Virus record (IMG/VR): IMGVR_UViG_3300020037_002952
Location: 32,001 to 96,000 of that record
DNA: 64,000 bases
DNA from: a virus
Lineage: Duplodnaviria; Caudoviricetes
Strand: one strand, 5' to 3'
Positions 19,601 through 28,400 of the stretch are shown piece after piece; the first letter of the stretch is position 1, and each line of letters starts with the position of its first letter. The position numbers and the translations under genes are program-made. Under the pieces are notes generated by a model, which saw nothing but the letters and a program-made list of their open reading frames with translations, searched no databases and was not told the DNA's origin.

Positions 19601-21500
19601 ATACAATTATTCAGTTCAACATAAAGCAAGAGCCATTGCTGCCCACCCAACTAAAATTGGCTTCTGGGTGACTTCCGGTTCTGGTGAAATCTTTACTTAT
19701 GGCACCGACATGCATCAGTATGGTCAATTAAAGAACCGTGTTTACAATAAGGGTATGGCCAACACTTTCGAGCTCGGATCTGAAGAGTTCGCTACAGCGC
19801 TTGAGTCAACAAAAACTGGTAATGGTTATTGGATTACTTTTGGTTCTGGTCATATTGCGGCATTCGGTGATGCTGTTAAACAGGGGCCGACTTATATTTG
19901 GCCAGTAAACAATGCAAACTTTGATGTGGCTATTGATGAAACAAATATCTTTGATTGGAGTTTCTATAAAGCTATCGTTTGGAGTATGGCAAGAGATCCT
20001 GATGGAACTGGTTTCTGGGTTCTTCTGGCGAGCGGTGACATTAAATGGTATAACGCAGAATTCTGGGGACAACCAGGATACACTGGGTTGACTGGCTATC
20101 GTTGGCATGATGGTTCGTTCGACGGAGACTATACGAAAATTATCAAAGAGCTACTTATGTGGTCTGGCTTTACTTTCTATGATGCAACACTAGAAGACGA
20201 TGAAGCTCCATCAGTTTATGGCGCTCTTGAATCAACTGGCATTAAAACCGACACTTATCTTGAAGCTGATAAATTCGATAAGCGCCCCATTCTTGACATC
20301 ATTAAAGAGTTGTGTGAAGTTGTGGCGTACAGATTTAGAATTCAAGAAGATGGATCGGCTTACTTAAGTTCGCCCAATCTTTGGAGCGCCGGTAACTTCG
20401 ATATTGATGGACAAAGAATCTACGTTGAAGAAGGTACTTACAATAGGGTGGATAAGACTGATCCTGATGCCATCCCATTTATTCCCGTAATTGACGAAGA
20501 GGTTGACCTGTTTAACTACGATACAACCCTTGGCTCAGAATCAATGCGATCTGAGATTATCATTGGCACCGATCAACCAGATCCCAAAAACCCAAAGATC
20601 ACTGGTTTCGTCCGCCATACTCCAAGATCTGGTAGTGAAGAAATCCGGCCAGGAATCAAAACTCTCCGCAACATTCCTCGGGTGGGTCTATGGATTAGCC
20701 AACTCTTCACGAACAAAGAAGAAGCGAAACTTATGGCTGAACTTATCAGCATTAACGCATGGTTTGCTGAGCGAACTTCTTCGGCAACAATTGTAGCCAA
20801 CCCTGCACTATCGCTTGGAGATCAAGTGAAGTTCATTGAACGAAACACTGGGGAGTTCAACATTCACTATATCAGCGGACTTAACTCAAATAACGATCTT
20901 GACTCTGGCGTTTGGACAATGAACACAACGTCACATTGGCTTGGAGACAAAGATAACTGGGTTATTACAGCAAACAACTCTGATGCACCAGGGCCGACTC
21001 GTAGATGGCTGGAAGTCTCAGAACGTGTTGACCGTTGGCAAATCGCCACTAATAGAGAACTAGATAAGGGAGCGAAAGCGAACGGATCTGTCTCTAATAT
21101 TGCTGAGTTTGATGGTGAGTTTGAGGGTGGTTCAATTATTGAAAAAGAAAGTTGGACATTTACTGGCAACCTGACTCTACGTAAACGTCTATTACAAACA
21201 CCAATAACAATCGAGGCGTTGTCACCACCTCTTGGTACCGAGATATTTGTTCTCATCCACGATGTAACAGACTTAGCTAATCCTGTTATTTTCCAAAGAC
21301 TCAATAGCGTTAGTGAAATTACTTATCTTCCAGCACTTGGAGTTAACGGTCAAACTAAAGAATATGTAGTTAAAATACTTGGGACAACAGTTTCCCCTGG
21401 CAACGGAATTTTAAGATTCTATATCACAATTGATAACGAAATTGAACTGTCTGCTGCCGATACATTACTTGTGATCAAAGAACCTCCCGAGCTAACCTAA
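16644..21500 (+). CDS. Large tail tip/hub protein with intein and six-repeat GYW beta-propeller
   Basis: 1618 aa in tail operon; C-terminal ANPALSLGDQVKF hub-like motif; intein and repeats listed separately. Confidence 0.75.
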   Translation: MRFYPDMFEKVKSGHFFGQDKPNGRVTVEPLWELNSTGAVYGNSVRGPYRWFQDVTDSGVEWEVPNIKNISWDRSEGQDIASCTITLYNTWHEDNLQAPELAGQLGKPGFFWPKRGLEVNRWNQVAGKGSFRKDGFWDPNFSWQNVLVPYGLIRCLDTDTEILTRRGWLRWDEVLEGDYALGINPETGLSEWQEIIEVFKAPFKGQLTNLKTKTHDSLTTANHRWLVKNHKDEYEWRTTETLNGHSEIPLAATYGEAPIEKVYSDEFVELAAWYYTEGSSDRRAINGGYYNISQSPSANPKTTQRIRTVLTALYGDPGPLARGKKLDQDAVDKAVALLSNGSPIKKIALITGISLETIRRWKVGKRTPPTKTHAWTEQTYESGKSTFVLEKSIGLKLQEVIQTYDKIPSAEFLLSLTAGQLDLFIDTCLNGDGSRYQNSSGNIQEVFIQKHHERIAAFEFACVLAGRAFHTRERSDSSVTSLLRTSSTSPVSAAKQSGRPIKQVDYDDVVWCPRVKHANFYARRNGTGFFTGNTYEGYGGHSNAFTFKSVQENLDDEYILQTGTWLIESISAGSGGELVLNCKDMGKLLMDQICFPPTVPDGLYPLTHYPEGKSVFDSFFGAVPKASIYVSPGSMGEIRVGYENSSLDEEFGVYNKSINGHKPAHIKDGNWTTYGLSEAYEGPDDETVWWEFNVEQEVSKLVIKGWAGGYDCWISMSNADDEWLGTTNVPGTGDAVIPAVQHVNIPVAVPDNQEPLVNIEIPHRFKDLPAGPVTKTKLFINKIRISFRHLYYSGIPDADDHQYRGGIRDLQLFREGNKVDEFTAGPDSVPWTFAMGAHPTRGYWIIDYNGTVYGFGDAADYDSSAWGPVPIHTAHARNQAIAIEGHPSGKGYWVLDRMGNVYAFGLAEHHGDYEIAWPGGEIWGEYSTIAVGLAVTHTGEGYWICFSNGTIKGFGDAVTSGTPATIHLPTTTLTQYMDAYTADREPYNYSVQHKARAIAAHPTKIGFWVTSGSGEIFTYGTDMHQYGQLKNRVYNKGMANTFELGSEEFATALESTKTGNGYWITFGSGHIAAFGDAVKQGPTYIWPVNNANFDVAIDETNIFDWSFYKAIVWSMARDPDGTGFWVLLASGDIKWYNAEFWGQPGYTGLTGYRWHDGSFDGDYTKIIKELLMWSGFTFYDATLEDDEAPSVYGALESTGIKTDTYLEADKFDKRPILDIIKELCEVVAYRFRIQEDGSAYLSSPNLWSAGNFDIDGQRIYVEEGTYNRVDKTDPDAIPFIPVIDEEVDLFNYDTTLGSESMRSEIIIGTDQPDPKNPKITGFVRHTPRSGSEEIRPGIKTLRNIPRVGLWISQLFTNKEEAKLMAELISINAWFAERTSSATIVANPALSLGDQVKFIERNTGEFNIHYISGLNSNNDLDSGVWTMNTTSHWLGDKDNWVITANNSDAPGPTRRWLEVSERVDRWQIATNRELDKGAKANGSVSNIAEFDGEFEGGSIIEKESWTFTGNLTLRKRLLQTPITIEALSPPLGTEIFVLIHDVTDLANPVIFQRLNSVSEITYLPALGVNGQTKEYVVKILGTTVSPGNGILRFYITIDNEIELSAADTLLVIKEPPELT
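17106..18242 (+). mobile_element. Intein (379 aa) with LAGLIDADG endonuclease and HTH insertion, in tail protein
   Basis: Block A CLDTDTEILTRRGW; block B TTANHRW; LAAWYYTEGS and CLNGDGS endonuclease motifs; VVWCPRV...FFTGN/T C-terminal junction. Confidence 0.9.
19143..20060 (+). repeat. Six protein-level repeats h-x-x-P-x-G-x-G(Y/F)W...G-x-h-x-x-FGDA (beta-propeller blades)
   Basis: HPTRGYW..GFGDA, HPSGKGYW..AFGLA, HTGEGYW..GFGDA, HPTKIGFW, KTGNGYW..AFGDA, DPDGTGFW. Confidence 0.85.
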
Positions 21501-21509
21501 GGAAAACTT

Positions 21510-21905
21510 ATGCAAAACATTAATCAATTCCGCAAGGTTCTTGCCAATGAGCAAACGAGAGCGGCTGATCTTCAGACTGTAAAAAGTGATGTAGCTGTAG
21601 TCCCTGGAAGAGTCATGATTAACAATGCTGGTGAGGCATATGTTGATGTAAACTTTCCGGTAAGGTTTATTACTCTCCCAAATTTCACGGCAGGGTTCGA
21701 AATCTTAGAGGGACAAGGAATTATTGAAGGCCAGATGCCGACAGCTTCGGCTCACGTTTCTGAATGGAAAACTATCGAGCGCCTTCCATTAAGCGTGTTT
21801 TATACTGGAGCAAAAATTCAAGTCGTAACAATCGGCCAGTTCTATCAGAAAATGATTCTCAATTTTTCTTTCACTGGAACCTCTATCACGAATCCGAGTC
21901 TTTAA
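21510..21905 (+). CDS. Minor tail/virion protein
   Basis: End of tail operon; beta-rich VNFPVRFITLPNFT segment. Confidence 0.55.
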   Translation: MQNINQFRKVLANEQTRAADLQTVKSDVAVVPGRVMINNAGEAYVDVNFPVRFITLPNFTAGFEILEGQGIIEGQMPTASAHVSEWKTIERLPLSVFYTGAKIQVVTIGQFYQKMILNFSFTGTSITNPSL

Positions 21906-21906
21906 T

Positions 21907-22338
21907 ATGAAGGTATATCCAACCAACAATCTCGTTCCTGTCAACTCAAAACAGAGACAACCAGAATCAATAACTATCCCTGTATTCAACTTTATGGGGA
22001 TTCTAGATGATTCCTCGTTGTCGGATAAATGGTACCCTTCCACAAACATCAAAATTACTGGTGGTTACGTTGCTACTACATCAACAGGGATTGATAACAA
22101 CGAGTTCTATATTCTCCGAGGCAACATCTTTGAACAGAATATTGAGATAGGTGTTGCAACAATGGCTGCTGGCGATAACAAATCTACGTTTCAAATGAAC
22201 AACATTGATTACCAGACAACTCCGCCTTATCCTCAGGCAAACATTATGACGCCTTTTGATTACTTAACTATCTGGGCGGCTTTTCCATCAGAGCATGGTG
22301 GCATCACTGTTCAAATCTTTGGAGAGAAAGTTAATTAA
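21907..22338 (+). CDS. Hypothetical (probable virion) protein
   Basis: Packed ORF at end of tail operon. Confidence 0.55.
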   Translation: MKVYPTNNLVPVNSKQRQPESITIPVFNFMGILDDSSLSDKWYPSTNIKITGGYVATTSTGIDNNEFYILRGNIFEQNIEIGVATMAAGDNKSTFQMNNIDYQTTPPYPQANIMTPFDYLTIWAAFPSEHGGITVQIFGEKVN

Positions 22339-22345
22339 AAGCGAG

Positions 22346-22374
22346 TTGACAAATTACATTTCATATGATATACT
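22346..22374 (+). promoter_or_regulatory. Housekeeping sigma70/SigA-type promoter, probably giving a leaderless mRNA
   Basis: TTGACA (22346) - 17 nt - TATACT (22369) with extended TG; ATG 22381 is 6 nt downstream with no RBS. Confidence 0.85.
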
Positions 22375-22380
22375 ATTTTC

Positions 22381-22839
22381 ATGACTGAAATAGTAGAGCG
22401 TTTAGAAAAGAGGTTGCCTCAAGCTCCTCGTGAAGAAATTATTGGTATCGCCAATATTCTTGAACGCTATGAGATTACTCCGACAATCGAAGCTCTTGAT
22501 GGAAAAGGGTACTTGTTTACTGACTTAAGAGGAAGAACTGCAAGAGTTCGTGCTGGAAGTTACAGAGGCCAAACTCTATATATAGAAGATCCACTGTCAG
22601 ACGTAGCTGTTATAATGACTGAAGGACTTATGGCTGGCTGGATCGAAACAGAAAAGTTAGAAAATTTAGATGACAGATTCGCCGTTAAGCTAGGGAACTT
22701 ATACCCACTCCCAGATATATTTTCATTTGATCAACAATGTGGACATCTTCAGATTCACGGAGGGTTTTATAACGGCATCGATTGGATTTGTTTTGGATGC
22801 GAAAGAGAGTTAGTATTTAATGACAAACGCAGAGTTTAG
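22381..22839 (+). CDS. Hypothetical protein
   Basis: First gene after promoter; C-terminal Cys/His residues. Confidence 0.7.
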   Translation: MTEIVERLEKRLPQAPREEIIGIANILERYEITPTIEALDGKGYLFTDLRGRTARVRAGSYRGQTLYIEDPLSDVAVIMTEGLMAGWIETEKLENLDDRFAVKLGNLYPLPDIFSFDQQCGHLQIHGGFYNGIDWICFGCERELVFNDKRRV

Positions 22840-23053
22840 CTTCTTGATGAAATTCTTAAGAGAAAGATCTGAAATTTCCGCTAGAGAATTATCTTCAAGA
22901 GCGGGACTTTCTGCAAGTTACGTGAGTAAGGTCGAATCTGGTTCAGTCCTTCCTACGATAGAATCCTTCTCTAAGCTTATCTCAGAACTAAATGTAACAG
23001 ATATGGAAATAGTTTATTTGATTAAACTTTTAACGAAAAAGGATATCTCTTGA
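22820..23053 (+). CDS. XRE-family helix-turn-helix regulator
   Basis: LRERSEISARELSSRAGLSASYVSKVESGSVLPT. Confidence 0.9.
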   Translation: MTNAEFSFLMKFLRERSEISARELSSRAGLSASYVSKVESGSVLPTIESFSKLISELNVTDMEIVYLIKLLTKKDIS

Positions 23054-23865
23054 AAATAAGTCCATCTCAAGCGAAGCGTTGGGGCTCATGCTCACTCAGC
23101 GCTAAATACACTTATGTTGACAAGATCGGCGAATGGTCAACTGGATCTAGCGCTCACTTTGGCTCATCGGTTCACTCTGGTCTTGAGCTATTTCACAAGG
23201 GAGGAACTGAAGAAGAAGCGATCGAAGAGTTTTCAAGATACTTTAATTCAATCGAACCTGATTACTGGAACAGAACAACATCTTACACAAAGTTTAAAGA
23301 TGCTGGTCCTAAGATGATTAAGGAGTATATTGAATCTTATAAATGGACAACTAAAGTTACTCTTGGTGTTGAGCTTAGATTTATGGTTGACTTTGGCGAG
23401 CATCAGCTTAGCGGGATCGTCGATCATCTTTATACTGACCCAGATTATTCCAAGCTTGTAATTTCAGATTTGAAAACTGCCGCCAAACCAAATATGGATA
23501 CATTACATCTTGATGTCCAGTGGACTTCTTATGATTGGGCTAGTCGTCAAAAAGAATTTTGGTGCGGCTATCCCGGCGAGGAAGAAAAATATACTGGTAT
23601 AGAAAATGGCGAAGAACTCTGGGAGATATTTAAAGACAAGCCAAGAGAAAACATTTGGTATGATCTCAGAAAGAATAAACCAATTAACGTAGGTGATCGA
23701 GGTGATCTTGATTATGGTAGACTTTACAGGTTGGTTGAACAGATTGCTAGAGCCATAGAGTTTGAAGTCTATGTTCCAAGTATTAGTCCGGATAATTGTT
23801 TGTGGTGTGACCATAAACCAATTTGTCCAGTCTATTTTGAGAAGCCAGTAGAAATAAATAAATAA
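23050..23865 (+). CDS. PD-(D/E)XK exonuclease, RecB/AddB/Cas4-like
   Basis: ISPSQ...C, GSSVH, GIVDHL, SDLKT, Q-x3-Y and C-terminal CLWC-x5-C (1+3 Cys Fe-S pattern). Confidence 0.85.
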   Translation: MKISPSQAKRWGSCSLSAKYTYVDKIGEWSTGSSAHFGSSVHSGLELFHKGGTEEEAIEEFSRYFNSIEPDYWNRTTSYTKFKDAGPKMIKEYIESYKWTTKVTLGVELRFMVDFGEHQLSGIVDHLYTDPDYSKLVISDLKTAAKPNMDTLHLDVQWTSYDWASRQKEFWCGYPGEEEKYTGIENGEELWEIFKDKPRENIWYDLRKNKPINVGDRGDLDYGRLYRLVEQIARAIEFEVYVPSISPDNCLWCDHKPICPVYFEKPVEINK

Positions 23866-23881
23866 CACAGAAAGAAGATAT

Positions 23882-24853
23882 ATGACAGTTACAATTCATA
23901 AAGCAGGGATAGATGATGCACCCAAAGGCGTTAGAGCCGTTTTGGGGACGGTTTCAGGGCTCGAAGCCACTAAGTGGGGGCTTGGTAGCAAGAATGCTCT
24001 TTGGGCCGTTACAGGGGCTGTGAGCACCCAATTAGCAAAGGCTGGAGCTAAGTATGTAAAGATCAATGATGAAATGGATCTTTATCGCCTTAAAGTGGCC
24101 TTAACTGGAAATGCCGAAGAAAGAGAAAAGAAATTTGGCTTCCCGGTCGATACATTAATTATCAGTAATCTCAGCGTTCTCCAAAGAACGTTGTTATCGA
24201 ATCGCCTCGAAAACCAAAAGAGAGCAGAAACAAACTACGATGATTGGTCGTGGCTAAGCTCTCGGCTCAAGGCAGTCTACGAAGGGATTAATGAACTAGA
24301 AGTAAACATCCTTACTATTTGTGACGTGACAAATGTTCACGAAAGTACAGAGGTTAAACTTGACATCCAAGGAGAGTTTTGCAATCGGATTCATGAACAT
24401 GTTGACTATAGTTTGTATCTTGGGATTGGTGAAGAGTATGCGTTGTTGCCTGAGGAAGTTAAAACAAGCATGGAGGGTAACGAGCTTATCATTGATGCCA
24501 GCCAGATAACTGGTTATACTTATATTTCTACACGACCAACTAGAAATATTCCTTGGGTCCAAGATGACACAGAAACTTTGAATGAAACCATCGACTTGAC
24601 AAATAGTGGATCATTTGATACACTTATTGAAGCAAGAAAAAATCTAACTCTAGCGGACTCATCAATTTTAGAAATTGAAGAGTCTGAACCAGAGGAAGAA
24701 ACAGTAGCTGAGACAGAAGAAGTTGAAGCGCCTCTAAAAGAGGAAACACCTGTAGAAGTGAAAAAAGATGAAACTGTTCCCGGTATGACATCGACAACAG
24801 ACATCAAAGCACTTCTAGCCCAAAAAAGAAATAGCATGAAAGGAAATAACTAA
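23882..24853 (+). CDS. Degenerate AAA_24/Sak4-like P-loop protein
   Basis: Position between exonuclease and SSB-like gene; DTLIISNLS, DDWSWL, IQG..VDYSLYL resemble Sak4; Walker A lacks GKT. Confidence 0.5.
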   Translation: MTVTIHKAGIDDAPKGVRAVLGTVSGLEATKWGLGSKNALWAVTGAVSTQLAKAGAKYVKINDEMDLYRLKVALTGNAEEREKKFGFPVDTLIISNLSVLQRTLLSNRLENQKRAETNYDDWSWLSSRLKAVYEGINELEVNILTICDVTNVHESTEVKLDIQGEFCNRIHEHVDYSLYLGIGEEYALLPEEVKTSMEGNELIIDASQITGYTYISTRPTRNIPWVQDDTETLNETIDLTNSGSFDTLIEARKNLTLADSSILEIEESEPEEETVAETEEVEAPLKEETPVEVKKDETVPGMTSTTDIKALLAQKRNSMKGNN

Positions 24854-24854
24854 T

Positions 24855-25337
24855 ATGGCAGCAATTGGATTTTCACAGCCAACACAAACAAACGATGAGG
24901 AAAAGGAGAAGAAGGAATTCAAGCCTATTCCCGAGGGAACTTATAACGCTCAGGTGTTATCTGTCGAACATCGTTTCGTTGATAAGGAAGTTTGTTATTG
25001 GAAGAAGTATGACGAGGAAATCGTTTTCGAGTTTGTAATCACTGATGGTGACTACGCTAAGAGACGTTTCTGGAAAGATGTCCCGGCCTATTTGACCGAG
25101 GATTCCAACAATCGTCTTCGACTGTATCTACAGGAAATCATTGGGATTAATAAGCTTCCCGATGACTTCATGTTCGATCCAGAAGAGGGTGAGCTTGTCG
25201 ATGCTCTTTGTCGCATCAGAATCAACCAGTACAAAACAAAGAAAGGCGAAACCAGGAACGGCGTTGAAGATGTTCTAGGTGCGCTCGCTAGTCAGTATAA
25301 AGGGTCCTCAATCCAAGAGGCTGACGATTCGTTTTAA
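24855..25337 (+). CDS. DUF669-like single-stranded DNA-binding protein
   Basis: FKPIPEGTYNAQV...FVITDGDYAKRRFW; acidic C-terminus ending ADDSF. Confidence 0.75.
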   Translation: MAAIGFSQPTQTNDEEKEKKEFKPIPEGTYNAQVLSVEHRFVDKEVCYWKKYDEEIVFEFVITDGDYAKRRFWKDVPAYLTEDSNNRLRLYLQEIIGINKLPDDFMFDPEEGELVDALCRIRINQYKTKKGETRNGVEDVLGALASQYKGSSIQEADDSF

Positions 25338-25367
25338 ACGATCCCTATAGTAAGATGAGTAAGTAGA

Positions 25368-25403
25368 TAAGTGGGTCTTGGGTTTAGATCCAAGACCCAC
25401 TTA
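25368..25403. terminator. 14-bp perfect hairpin upstream of primase-helicase
   Basis: TAAGTGGGTCTTGG-N8-CCAAGACCCACTTA; weak U tract. Confidence 0.55.
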
Positions 25404-25428
25404 CGTTTAAAAGGGAGAGTGTAAAAAG

Positions 25429-28400
25429 TTGGATATCGTAGAATATCTAGAGGAAAAAGGTTGCGAAGTCCGTCCAGCCGGTTCCGGAAACGTAAGAACT
25501 AAATGTTTTTTCCACGGAGAAGAAGGAACGAATCAAGGCAGACTATACATCAACATAGAAGACCCTGACAAAGAAGGATTATTTTTCTGTTTTAGATGTC
25601 AAGAACGTGGTAACATCAATAAGATTCGTCAGCACTTTGGCGATCCAGCAATCAAAACCACTGCGGTTGAGTCAGATAATCCAATCTATGAAACAGCAGC
25701 AAAGTATTATCATGAAAGACTTTTCGAAAATCCAGAGGCTTATAGATACCTCACAATGGAACGTGGCCTAACTGATGAAACAATTATTCAGGCAAGACTC
25801 GGCTGCGCTGATGGGGGCCTCTCCAATCATCTTCTGGCACAAGGATATGTTCCGGAACTTATCAAGGACAGCGGTCTTGTAAACGCTTATGGACAGGATT
25901 ACTTTCACGACAAAGAGATCATTTTCCCATACTTAAAATTTGGACGTGCGGTTCAATTACGTGGCAAAAAGATCGGCGGCATAACAAAGGGTCTACAGGG
26001 CGTACAGACAATGCTGTACGGTACAGACTCAATGATTGGCGAACAAACCGTGATGCTGGCGGAAGGCGAATGCTTTCCTGGCGACGCCCAAGTTCTCACT
26101 AGGGATGGATGGGTATCTTTTGAAGATCTCGGAGATCAGGAAGTTGCTCAAGTCGATGAATCGCTACAAACAACATTTGTAAAGCCAATAGCAAAAATTG
26201 AAAAAGAATTTAATGGCGATCTGGTTGAATACAGCAACTCTCAACGTTTTTACTCCTTGACAACCCCCAAACACAATATGGTCGGATGGCGAAAAGTAAA
26301 TGGCAAAAGGGCATGGGCGAAACGAACCGCAGAAGAAGGGTTCCCCCATAACTACTCTACCCCAAGAATTGGTCTTATTGATGGGCCAGGGGTTCCAATT
26401 TCTAATACACAAATCCGATTTGCTCTTGCCGTAGCGGCTGACTTTTCTATTCGAGAAGGGGTAGGGTCACGCTATGTCCATGCTGGATTCCAAAAAGAGC
26501 GGAAGATTCTAGCAATCCAAGAAATATTGGAAGAGTTGGGGATTCCGTATAAAACTGCACCATACAAAACGAAAAAGGGAATCTATATACATTTCCGTTT
26601 ACCAGACAGTTACTCAGACCCAGAAAGTCCGCTTTATGTAAGCAAATTACTGTCTTGGTCTTGGATCTCAGAAATGAGTTTAGAGCAAAAAGAATTTGTT
26701 ATTCGGGAACAGGCTTTTTGGGACGGGAACCATGTACGAGATCGCAATCAATTAGAATTTTCTTCAAAACATTACTCTGAGGCAGAGTGGATGCAGGCAA
26801 TGTCTTCAACCGCTGGCTACTGTTCAACAATCATGCCCCGTTCTAACCAATTTGGCGATTGGTATAAGGTTAGCATTCTTCTGGACAAGCAAACCACTAA
26901 CTGGTTATCGCTTAACAAATCTAAAAAGTACGTTCCCTACAGCGGACAGGTGTATTGTGTGACGGTCCCATCAGGAATGATTTTAGTTAGACAGGATGAA
27001 TGTGTTAGCGTTTCCGGCAATTGCGATACGCTCACTCTTCATCAAATGGGATTTACTGCGGTAGGCTTACCGGGAGTTCATACTTGGAAAGACGAGTGGA
27101 CCGAAGACTTTGAAGATGTTAAACGAGCGTATATTATCTTTGATCAGGATGCTGCCGGTCGTTCTGGCGCAGAAAAACTTGCTGGCAAACTCGGCCCCAA
27201 AGCAAGAATTGTCGAACTTCCCAAAAAAGGAATTGATATTAACGATTGGTATGTTAAGTACGGTAAGCAATCAGAAGATTTTGAGTTCCTGTTCAGCAAA
27301 GCAAAAGGCGGGATGCTTATTACTGTAGAGATGTCTTATGATCGTTGGCTAGAAGTAGAAGGCAATGATCATTTAGCTGGATTAAGATTCAATATCGCTC
27401 CTCTAGATAAAGCTATGGGCTATGGAATGCTCCCTGGGCAAGTCCTAACAATCATGAGTCGTACAGGTTCTGGAAAGGGCCACCCACTAGACACTAGGGT
27501 GGTCACACCTAATGGTGTACGTTATTGGGGAGATCTTAAGGAGGGTGATTATATCTATGGCAGTCAAGGTCAGCCTACTCAAATAACAAATATCTATGAT
27601 CGAGGAATCTTACCAACTTATAGGGTTTCGTTTACAGATGGAACCAATGTTTTATGTGATGGAGATCATATCTGGAATGTCCACAAAGATACTTGGAAAG
27701 ATCGGTTCGATTTCCGAAATAAAACAACCTCAGAAATCTTAAAAGAGGGTATTTTGACCATCAAACATGGTGACAGAAATTCCTATAGGTTTAATATTCC
27801 GCTTACTCAGCCTATCCAATTTCCCAAAAAAGATTTGAAAATCGGGCCGTATACGATGGGAACTCTTTTGGCTAACGGGCATTTGAGTGGGACTTCTACT
27901 GACTTCAGAACTCCAGACGCAGAAGTTGTCGAACGCATTATTAAAGAAGGTCACGAAGTCAACTCAACTAAGCAATATGAAAATACTTGTCAAGGATATA
28001 GAGTTATTGGAGTAAGAGATTTTGTCCGTCAATACAAAGTTGACGTTAAGTCTGCGGATAAGTTTATCCCAGAGGACTATCTTTTTTCCTCGGTGGACGA
28101 TCGGATAGCTTTACTACAAGGACTTATGGATGGAGATGGGACTAATTTAGGAGTCACTCAAAAGGTTGCGTACTGCACTACTTCTCATCAATTGGCGTTG
28201 GATGTTATTCAATTAGTAAGATCCTTGGGCGGGACAGGAAGATATACTTGTTTGAATAGAGTCGGGGATAATGGTAAAGCATACAAAGATATTCATGTAT
28301 CAATTATGATGTCAGAAAATATTCCACCTTTTAGTACCTCAAGAAAAGCCTTTGTTCCAAAAATCATACGCAAGCATCTTCCACGAAGAGCAATAGTTTC

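Noticed and set aside
23050-23865. Cas4-like nuclease as evidence of a CRISPR-Cas system
   Set aside because: No repeat-spacer array or other cas genes were seen; the context is a standard phage recombination module.
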